NCBI GenBank assembly: GCA_951406725.2
Contig: OX597818.1
Location: 32,116,001 to 32,180,000, forward strand
Length of the DNA stretch: 64,000 nt
Direction: 5' to 3'
Source of the DNA: Octopus vulgaris
Taxonomy: Eukaryota
Part shown: positions 53,938-64,000 of the stretch, in pieces
How the letters are laid out: each line of letters opens with the position of its first letter
Position numbering within the stretch: the first letter of the stretch is position 1
Program-made: the position numbers and the translations under genes
The notes under the pieces: model-generated
What the model saw: only the letters and a program-made list of their open reading frames with translations
Told to the model about the DNA's origin: nothing
The model's database searches: none

Positions 53938-54794
53938 AAATATGTGTGTGTGTGTGTGTGTAAATATATGTGTGTATGTGTGTAAATATATATGTGTATA
54001 TATGTATATATATATATATATATGTTTAGGAGAAGTTTTATATACGACCAGTTATTCTAATGCTTTAGGAGAATGATACAAACACATAAATTTCAGAATG
54101 AAGGTTTTTTCGTTAGTAATGGATATTATTATGGAAAAGAGGTAAAACAAAATTATAGTTGAGCTCCATTATAAAATAATATTTGAAGAATAATAAAACA
54201 TTTTTTTGAATGTTTTATTTCGATTTTTTGGGAATTTAAAAAAAAAATTATACACTGTATGATTAAGGTGAAAAGTCAACGTTTTGTTTTTTAAAGATAT
54301 CTATAAAATGTGTATTTTAATACTCGTAAATATTTAAATTTAGATTAGCTGTACAACGTATCCATGTAGTATGTTCAATTTATTTAATATGATAAAGAAA
54401 AAGAAAAGCCAGATAAATTTACGCCTATTGTGTATGAATTAAAAATGTGACTATTAATTTATGGCTTGTGTATAGGTGTCGCACGAAATATGCAATGATT
54501 GTAAAGAATAAAAGGGTGCTCACAACATACTAAAATGCATCTTTATGTACACATTACATATGCACACACGCATAGGTTCGTTAAGAGGCAAACATACACA
54601 CACATATACTAATACAGATAATATGCTAATACTAAATTTATATGAATTATTATCTGAGCAATTTGCAAATAATTTTATTAATTATATTAGAAGAAATATG
54701 AGAAATGGTTTCGTGTTATAAACACCATTTAAAGTTATACTGTTAAATTTTGTTACTAGAAAAGTCACTTTGTAACTAATTGCAGATTAATATA

Positions 54795-54990
54795 ATGCTT
54801 TCAAATTTTGGTACAAGACCAGTAATTTTGGTTGAGGGATTAAGTCGATTACATCAACCCCAGTGTTCAACTGGTACTTATTTCATCGACCTCGAAAGGA
54901 CGAAGAGCAAAGTCGATCTCGGCGGAATTTGAACTCAGAACATAAAGACGGACGAAATACTACTTAGCTGGTGTTTGTCTGGCGTGCCAC
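54795..54990 (-). mobile_element. SINE-B
   Basis: Reverse-complement domain match. Confidence 0.8.
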
Positions 54991-55130
54991 GATTCAGTCT
55001 GAGTTCTATTTATACCGTTTGTTCTGGCAAACCCATATATATTTGTGTGTATGCATGTTTCGTGTGAAGCTGTATATATTTTAAAACGTCGCCCTTTTCA
55101 AGCCTAGCCAGGCTCATGGGCCCGGTTTCC

Positions 55131-55388
55131 CGGTTTCTGTGGCGTATGTGTTCCCCCCTGCTGCACGAGACGCTAGTCCATTGCAGCGTTACTCAAGAAA
55201 CAGGAAGAGAGAGTGAGAGAAAGTTGTGGCGAAAGAGTACAACAGGGGTCGCCACCACACCCTGCCGGAGACTCGTGGAGCTTTTAGGTGTTTTCGCTCA
55301 ACAAACATACACAGCGCCCGGTCTGGGAATCGAAACCACGATCCTCCGACCGCGAGTCCGCTGCCCTAACAGGGCCATTGCGCCTCCA
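55131..55388 (-). mobile_element. SINE-C (3' module extends to ~55091)
   Basis: Closely similar to 47672-47972. Confidence 0.85.
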
Positions 55389-55814
55389 CAGTATATATTT
55401 TGTTGGAGTCAAATTCAGACTTCTCACATCTCGTTCTTTATTCTAAGTGACCTACGTTCTTATGAACTGGTTAACTCTTGCCATACATGGTAGCATACAT
55501 TTACACACATACGAACACTCGTTCACATAAACGTTTATTCACGCATTCACGCACATATACATACATACGACGTTGAAATCAATACGTCTGGTAAAAATGT
55601 ATCACTCAATTTTCATGCAAATTAGACTTGTACTTGATAAAATGTACAAAGATGAATATTTAGCACCCATAGTCCTTTTTTTTTTTTTCTTTAGGGCCAG
55701 ATGGATAATCCATCTTATTTCTGCAACATCTTTTCTGAAATCTCATTAGTTAGTCATCAAGACTGGAGTGTCTTTCAAATATTGTAATAAATTTTTTTTA
55801 TATATATTTGTTTA

Positions 55815-56104
55815 TTTGTTCCTTCTGGAGCCACACCTGGCTCATAAGTGTCGGTTTCCCGGTTTCCTTGGCGTATAGGTTCCCCACCTGGACGAGACGC
55901 CGGTCCATCGGAGGTGAACTGCAAGAGGAAAGAGTGAGAGAAAATTGTGGCGAAAGAGTCAGCAGAAGTCCGCCATTACCTGCCGGAGCCGCGTGGGGCT
56001 TAGGTGTTTCGCTCATAAACACACATATTGCCCGGTCTGAGATTCGAACCCGCGATCCCTCGACCGTGAGTCCGCTGCTCTAACCACTAGACCATGTGTC
56101 TCCG
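55815..56104 (-). mobile_element. SINE-C
   Basis: Reverse complement of 46449-46750. Confidence 0.85.
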
Positions 56105-57773
56105 CTATACATATTCAATATCAGATAAAATTGTATAAAAAATGATTTTTGGTAATAAATCAGATTTGGGCACCAATGGGTGAAAAATAAATAAATATAC
56201 AACAGCGTTGTCTCACTATTCTGTGTTAATAACATTCTTGTGTTTAAGTTACATTTTCTTGTTGAGATCAGTTGATCATATTTTGAAAGTGTTGATTCAC
56301 TAATTAAAGACAGCATAACATCAAAATAAAGTTAAGTGATAAGTTTTCGGAAATGAATACGTAGGAATATGAACGAGAATGCAAATGCCGTAGTGATGCC
56401 CATTCCTCTATCCAGTTTACCCAACTGAAAATGAGAAGTAGTAGAAGCTGGTGATTAAACCAGGGTTGATTGCTTATACGTCATGTAAGCCGAAATAAGT
56501 TGCAGCCAAATGCGCCTGATGATTCGGAAAAAACTTAAGTCTCTAAGTGAATACGAAGTAGAATGCACATAATATTATAAGATAACATCAAAATGAATTG
56601 TATAAATTGGAAATAATTAAGAATAGAAAGAAAAAAATGGAGAGAGGGCTATTCAAGTTTGAATTTAGAGATAAAGATGATATAATCTGGAATCATTATA
56701 GGGTATGTATTTAATTAATTAGTTGAATTTAACACGATTGACAAATAATTGAAAAAAAAAAAAAAAACTAAACTAACATGAATTTAATGAGATAAATTGA
56801 TGGCTTAGTAAGGATATGTAGAAAATTAATTTAAAAATCAATGAATATAATAACTGGAGCGACATAAACTGAGTCAAGGTTTAAACAATTTAATTAAGAA
56901 AGTGGTCTCTGCTTTAATCAAACTTTAGGGTTCATTAATTACTAATGCATAATTACTTCCATGCATGTTTACAAGGTCATACACCCCACCACCACATATT
57001 ATATATGTGTGTGTGCCCCTGTGTGTTTGTGAGTGTGTACTATAGGCTATATATATATATATATATATATATAGGGAGAGTTTACGAAAAAACAAAAGAC
57101 GAAGACAGGTGGTGTACAAAACAAACAGATGTATTAATATAACGCTCAGGAATAGAAAAAGTCTCTTACGTTTCGAGCCTGCGTTCTTCTACAAAAAGGG
57201 ACACAGAAAAAACAAGGAGAGAAAAAAATGTGTGTAGTGGCTAACGATCTATCATGGCGAAAAATACAGGTAAGTTCAGAAAGTAAAAACATAAATATAA
57301 AAATAACAGTTTTACGTAAAATTCAAAGGTTTTTTGACGTCGTGGTGTATTGCAAGGATTTCTCACCAAGAGTAGAGTCCACAATTATCCGTATGTAGGA
57401 GAGGTGCAGCCGGAGGGTAAATATCCAAACGAGAATACGTAAAGGGTAGATAAAGGGTAGATAAAGAATCCAGTGGAGAAGTTCCTGTGTGGTAAGAAAT
57501 GACAGGATCAACATGTGCGACCACGTGAGCGTTTGGATTTTATATATCTCATTAATAGGAATAAAACAAAGTAAACGTCTTCCAAGGTAGTATTCCATAC
57601 GTATTATATGTTATAAATATAAATATAATACACATGATATATACATACAGTCACACAACAGCCGTTTCGAGCAAAGGTCTTGTCAGTGTGATACCGTGCT
57701 TTTATATTGCATTATTCCCGTATGTAGAATCGTATAAAGTATAGGCACTGCACAAGTCAACAACGTTACATTA

Positions 57774-58110
57774 AAATACAATACAGAAAACCACCAAAAA
57801 TAGATGAAAATCGAAAGAAAAAGCTTAGTATTTATTAATCTTGATACCCTAAATTATAATTTTAATAATAATTATTATCTTTGAAGGTTTTTATTCCCAT
57901 GTTGGCCATTTGATAAGTTCGATATTTAAATAACGATCTTATATATATATATATTTAAATATCGAACTTATCAAATGGCCAACATGGGAATAAAAACCTT
58001 CAAAGATAATAATTATTATTAAAATTATAATTTAGGGTATCAAGATTAATAAATACTAAGCTTTTTCTTTTGATTTTCATATATTTTGGGTAGTTTTCTG
58101 TATTGTATTT
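57774..58110. repeat. near-perfect palindrome, ~159 bp arms, 19 bp spacer
   Basis: 57774-57932 versus 57952-58110. Confidence 0.9.
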
Positions 58111-58122
58111 ATATATATATCT

Positions 58123-58517
58123 TTCTCTTTTACTTGTTACAGTCATTTGACTGCGGCCATGCTGGAGCACCACCTTTAGTCGAGCAAATCGACCCCGGGA
58201 CTTATTCTTTGTAAGCCCAGTACTTATTCTATCGGTCTCTTTTGCCGAACCGCTAAGTGACGGGGACGTAAACACACCAGCATCGGTTGTCAAGCAATGC
58301 TAGGGGGACAACACACACACAAACATATACACACACATACATATATATATATACATATATACGACAGGCTTCTTTCAGTTTCCGTCTACCAAATCCACTC
58401 ACAAGGCTTTGGTCGGCCCGAGGCTATAGCAGAAGACACTTGCCCAAGATGTCACGCAGTGGGACTGAACCCGGAACCATGTGGTTGGTAAGCAAGCTAC
58501 TTACCACACAGCCACTC
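58123..58517 (-). mobile_element. SINE-A
   Basis: Homology to 268-686. Confidence 0.9.
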
Positions 58518-58623
58518 CATATATATATATATATTTATCTTTTGAAATATATAGAGAGAGCGGAGTTAAAGTGTGACACACTGACACAGAAATTCGTTTG
58601 GCATCTATTACTACTACTACTAC

Positions 58624-58668
<45 letters not shown>

Positions 58669-58997
58669 CATTATTATTATTATATTCTTGTCAATAGGTA
58701 TGTATATATATCTATCGGTCTATTTATCTGCATAAACAGTAAGGAGATCAGATGAATCACTCAGTGTCCAGTGGTATGTATTTGAAAAGCCAAAGAAATG
58801 CAAGTGTATCGAATACTGTACAATATAAATTCTTGAATTGTTGAAATTATCTCAGCGTCTAGAGGATGTGTGATTACCAAATGGCAATTAAGAACGATAC
58901 ATTTTGGAAAGGGAGATAATCAAGATCCAAATCAGTATCAGGAGTAATATGCCATTGAGGAAAATGACAGGTTTATTATCTGGAGATAAGGGAACAG

Positions 58998-59038
58998 GTG
59001 AAGACATGTGTTTCTGGCTCAGCAGTCTTCATCAGCAC
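58998..59038 (-). ncRNA. hammerhead-like motif with intact core
   Basis: gtg CTGATGA a gac-tgctga-gcc a GAAAC acat GTC ttcac; stems imperfect. Confidence 0.45.
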
Positions 59039-59059
59039 GACAATTGATTGTCCTGCCTC

Positions 59060-59383
59060 GGAAAGTGTAACCTCTCGAAAGAGCTGTTCTTCACTCCTGC
59101 TCCAGAGCGTCGGCTGCGGGGTCACTCCGAAAAGCTCTATCTGCGACGATTTCATCTCAATCGAAGGAGAGAGGCTTTCTCCGTCCGGGTTGCGGATCCG
59201 TGGAATAAGCTGCCGGACGAGATAGTTAAGATGCCGACGACCGCTCGGTTCAAATTCTCTCTTGACCAGAAATGGCCTGAACTCTTTACATGAACACCAC
59301 CCTGTACATAACTCCATGTCCCCCTACATGGCCTTGCCTTTTGTTTTTTGAGCCAAAAAATTAACTTAACTTAACTTAACTAA
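59060..59383 (+). mobile_element. 5'-truncated CR1-type LINE 3' end
   Basis: FFTPAPERRLRGHSEKL..RREAFSVRVADPWNKLP..FKFSLD, short 3' UTR, (TTAAC)n tail. Confidence 0.85.
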
Positions 59384-59654
59384 GTAGCAAAAGAATTTAT
59401 ACAAAAAAAGCGTAAAACACATTTATGGCTTACGTAATTTGCATGATTTATAGAAAAAGGGGCCAAGAGAAATAACTCAGAGTGGACAGTGGCATATATG
59501 TGTGGGTGCTAAAAAGATCCTGGTTTTAAGAGTCTCGCGAAAGTCCTGGCTGGTGGCCCAACCTTCCAAGTTCCTTTGCAGGGCTTAGAAAAAAACTGAA
59601 GAACCACTGCAATAAGTGTGTGAATCTGAGTGAGGAATATACTCTTATTTTTTT

Positions 59655-60046
59655 ACTCTTTTTACTTGTTTCAGTCATTTGACTGCGGCCATGCTGGAGC
59701 ACCATCTTTAGTCGAGCAAATCGACCCCAGGACTTATTCTTTGTAAGCCTAGTACTTATTCTATCGGTCTCTTTTGCCGAACCGCTAAGTTACGGAGACG
59801 TAAACACACCACCATCGGTTGTCAAGCGATGTTGGAGGGACAAACACAGACACACACACTCACACACACACGCACATATATATACATATATACGACGGGC
59901 TTCTTTCAGTTTCCGTCTACCAAATTCACTCACAAGGCTTTGGTTGGCCCGGGGCTATAGTAGAAGACACTTGCCCAAGGTGCCACGCAGTGGGACTGAA
60001 CCCGGAACCATGTGGTTGGTTAGCAAGCTACTTAACACACAGCCAC
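59655..60046 (-). mobile_element. SINE-A
   Basis: Homology to 268-686. Confidence 0.9.
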
Positions 60047-60198
60047 ATGTTGAATAAAATTATAATTAACTGATCCTCCTGCTTTTTCTTTTACTCAAAG
60101 CCACGACTTTTCAGCCCCGCTTCCGTTGTATATGAACAACATTGACAAATACAACTATATCAAACACGGTACAAAAAATTCATGATCTATTATCATTA

Positions 60199-60601
60199 TA
60201 GGCGCAGGAGCGGCTGTGTGGTTAGTAGCTTGCTTACAAACCACATAGTTCCGGGTTCAGTCCGACTGCGTGGCATCTTGGGCAAGTGTCTTCTACTATA
60301 GCCTCGGGCCGACCAATGCCTTGTGAGTGGATTTGGTAGACGGAAACTGAAAGAAGCCTGTCGAATATATGTATATATATATTTGTGTATGTGTATATGT
60401 TTGTGTGTCTGTGTTTGTCCCCCCACCATCGCTTGACAAACGATGCTGGTGTGTTTACGTCCCCGTTTCTTAGCGGTTCGGCAAAAAGAGATCGATAGAA
60501 TAAGTACTGGGCTTACAAAGAATAAGTCCCGGGGTCGATTTGCTCGACTAAAGGCGGTGCTCCAGCATGGCCGCAGTCAAATGACTGAAACAAGTAAAAG
60601 A

Positions 60602-60608
<7 letters not shown>
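60199..60608 (+). mobile_element. SINE-A, full length, followed by (GA)n
   Basis: ggcgcaggagcggctgtgtgg head to gagtaaaagag tail. Confidence 0.9.
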
Positions 60609-60670
<62 letters not shown>

Positions 60671-61867
60671 CACTGCCGCTAAGTCTTTTACAAATTCCTG
60701 CCTGAGTATTTAGCATTTAGTGGATGATAGAGTTCGACAAAAGAGATGCTAGAATAAGTACTAGCCTTACAAAAAGTCCTGGGGTCTATTTCTTCGAATA
60801 AAAAAAACAAAAAACCTTTAAGGCAGTGCTCCAGCATCGCCGCAGTCAAATAACTAAAACAAGTAAAAGAATAAACAACTATGTAAATAGGGAGAGAGAG
60901 AGAGAAAGAGAATGAAGATATTCAGGCGATGAATATTAATGTATAAATATATACATATTTATATATCAATGGTTTGGTTTTTGTCCCTCTCTTTACATGT
61001 ATATATGTATGTATATTATAATTATATATATCTAGCCCAAACGGTTTTATTTGTCTATTTGCATCATCTCTCTCTCATTTACTTTCTCTGTATATATATA
61101 TTTATATATGCTTATAAATCCATATATATATTTATATATACAAATAGCGATAGACGAACAAGACTTCGCTAGTTTACAGACAGGTACACAACGTTTAATG
61201 TCGTCGTTGCTAACGACAACAGCCCTGCGACTGTTAAGACAGCCTTATGCTAATATCAACAGCAAACAAGTATATCGGCGTAGTGAAATATCATAACAGT
61301 CTGATTATATGGCATAGCATTTTAAAAACAATTTCACAGTGAAATGAATAACGCTAATTAGTATTCTGCTGTCGGTTAGAAATTAACTGCTGTAGACACG
61401 TTTTATAATAAAGGAATCCGACAGTCACAGCCCGCACACAGACATTACGCATACATCTTACATACGTAGAAATAGACACACACATTCGTAGAAATAGAGA
61501 GAAATATGTACAAGAATTTAGAGTGACTAATGCAGGGGCGCGTACACACAGACAAATTTGAAATGTTTACCTACAGGAACTGTAATATCGAGAAATAATA
61601 GATTTAAATACTACTCTTCATATATGTTTGACATCGTTTTCTGAAGATGTCGATTGCTAAATAATGTTTTTGATGTGTATTCCTCTACGAATTTTCTATA
61701 TTTTCGCCCCATTCCTTGTATTAATACATAGTGTTACGTTAAATCTTTTTGACTGCATAAACAAAAACATTCCTTACACGTATATATGCAATGTATGTAT
61801 TACATACGATGTATGTATACAATGCATGTATATATATGTGTATATATATATATATATATCTTTTTTA

Positions 61868-62059
61868 ATCTTTTACTTGTTTCAGTCATTTGACTGCGGC
61901 CATGCTGGAGCACCGCCTTTAGTCGAGCAAATCGACCCCAGGACTTGTTCTTTGTAAGCCCAGTACTTATTCTATCGGGCTCTTGTGCCGAACTGCTAAG
62001 TTACGGGTACGTAAACACACAAAGTTACGGGTACGTAAACACACAATGCTTGTCAAGCA
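61868..62059 (-). mobile_element. SINE-A 3' half with a 23 bp duplication
   Basis: aagttacgggtacgtaaacacac occurs twice. Confidence 0.85.
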
Positions 62060-62229
62060 TTTTCCTTTTTCCATGAGAAATTATCAATTATTTATATCAC
62101 TTTTGTTACTAATACCATCTATTTTCAGCCATTTGTGTGTGTTGTTTGTGTCTACATTTTGCCAGTTGTGTGCGCATGTGCGCGAATCTGTGTTGTGCAT
62201 ACGTTTTATTTTCATGCAACCATTACAAT

Positions 62230-62472
62230 GCAACAAGCTGGCGCTCCGAATACCTCAACACTGACAACATTTTTTATTTGCCAAGATCATGCATTTCCTC
62301 AAGAAATGCTTCATTATCAAGTTCTTTTATGTTACGTCGAAAAGTTGTCAAGCATGAAAGAAAATGAGTTCTTTTATGTATTTACGCATTTCTCTATAGC
62401 CTTACATTTATTACTGTATGCCTGAAGATATTTTCACATACGCATAGACTAAAACAAATCTGCAAACTTACG

Positions 62473-62509
<37 letters not shown>

Positions 62510-64000
62510 CTCTAAATGCCTGTGTTGAAGGCTTCAGACATTGCTGATTTGATTACGTTGAGGGTAAAAGTCTAATTCTCAGTCATCCAGAATGTTTCAG
62601 ATAAAGCTGTTCTTACACGAGGTCAGAGGAACAAAGTCATTTCACCAGCTTCAAGCAGTGGATAGTTACGTTTGTGAAATATGAAGAGAAGCTTATATCT
62701 TGCAAAACATATTTAAATGATGTCCAGTGGGTAGCAACACTGATGGAAGCAGATATTTTACAATCACATTCAAAACCGCGAAGCCTCCTCGCAGTTTTGT
62801 TCACATGCAAACAGACATCGGCTAATGATCTCAAGAAGATGCCACCTTAATTCCGCCGAGGTCAACTTTGCCTTTCATCCTTTCAGGGTCGATTAAATAA
62901 GTATCAGTTATACATTGGGGTCGATATAATCGATTTAATCTGTTTGTCCGCTCTGTGTGTTACCTCTTGTGGGCAGTAAAGAAATAAGTATTTCGTCTGC
63001 CTTTACGTTCTGAGTTCAAATTCCGCCGAGGTCGACTTTGCTTTTCATCCTTTCGGGGTCGATTAAATAAGTACCAGTTACGCACTGGGGTCGATATAAT
63101 CGATTTAATCTGTTTGTCTGTCCTTGTTTGTCCCCTCTGTGTTTAGCCTCTTGTGGGCAGTAAAGAAATAAGTATTTCGTCTGCCTTTACGTTCTGAGTT
63201 CAAATTCCGCCGAGGTCGACTTTGCTTTTCATCCTTTCGGGGTCGATTAAATAAGTACTAGTTACGCACTGGGGTCGATATAACCGATTTAATCTGTTTG
63301 TCTGTCCCCTCTGTGTTTAGCCTCTTGTGTGGGCAGTAAAGAAATATGAAGATGCCAGCTTACGTGCTAGGAGACTTATAGAAGACATGGCTGGAAATTA
63401 TAAGCATTGAGTACAACATAATTTCAAAGTTGTTATTCATTTCAATGATAACACCAGCTTCAAATCGATTATTCGGACAAAAGTTTGGCTATGGGTGGAG
63501 TCGAATTGCATAAATATGATTTGTCCAGAATAACCCGTCCCAAGGGAACTAGCTTCCGCCCTCTGAGGTTCAACGTGAGCTGAAAGAAAGACTAAACGAT
63601 TTATGATTAAAAATAGTATTTGATACAAAAATTGTGAAATATGCTTTCGTGAATGATTTGTAGGAAATAATTTTCTAACAAACTTTTTATTGGATGCAGT
63701 TAGGAAACGTGGGGAAAATTGTGGAAATTGTATCTTCAGGTATTGTTGCGATTCTGCCAGGAGGGCAAAAATCTCACAGTACCTTCAAAGTGGCATTGCA
63801 CCTAACCTTTGAGGATACAACAGCAACCTGTTATATTAACAAATGAGCCTGATTAGCGGAAGTGCTAAATCAGTGTTCAATGGTGTCTTGCGATGAGTGC
63901 ACCATGTTTCACAAAGTTACTTTTGAGGCTTCGAATAAAACTCTAAAGCTCTCAAGAAGATAAAATTTCATTTCGGCAGAATAATAATAATTTTAGCTGT
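62230..64000 (+). pseudogene. decayed Helitron RepHel (linker and PIF1-like helicase), runs off the window
   Basis: STLTTFFICQDHAF; LFLHEVRGTKSFHQLQAVDSYVCE; NDVQWVATLMEA; GNNFLTNFLLDAVR (decayed Walker A); SSGIVAILPGGQKSHSTFK; DECTMFHK. Confidence 0.8.
62850..63347 (+). mobile_element. head-less SINE-B trimer with 15 bp TSD
   Basis: gaagatgcca(c/g)ctta at 62835-62849 and 63348-63362. Confidence 0.9.

Noticed and set aside
62850-63347. Hammerhead within the SINE-B repeat unit
   Set aside because: No CUGANGA core with paired stems found on either strand.

Overview
AT-rich, repeat-saturated eukaryotic DNA with no recognisable intact protein-coding gene. The repeat families resemble those of coleoid cephalopods (Octopus); this is an inference from recalled repeat sequences. 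The window is made of microsatellites, three tRNA-derived SINE groups (called A, B and C/D here), decayed LINEs (Dong/R4, RTE, CR1/Jockey group), mariner relics, three non-autonomous Helitrons plus a decayed Helitron RepHel, and a 5S rRNA-derived copy. Most ORFs in the supplied track are microsatellite or SINE artefacts; a few overlap decayed transposon genes. Two signals stand out. (1) About ten minimal type-I hammerhead-ribozyme (HHR)-like motifs lie in non-coding repeats. They include a ~428-nt unit present as two circularly permuted, inverted copies (33166-34034), a ~335-nt unit with terminal redundancy (32529-32909) and a G3-C8 covariant core (24295-24345), which is a Penelope/retrozyme-like signature. 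(2) SINE-B occurs as TSD-flanked multimers that share the same tail-to-internal junction at three loci. All translations and foldings were done by eye, and coordinates of decayed elements are approximate.
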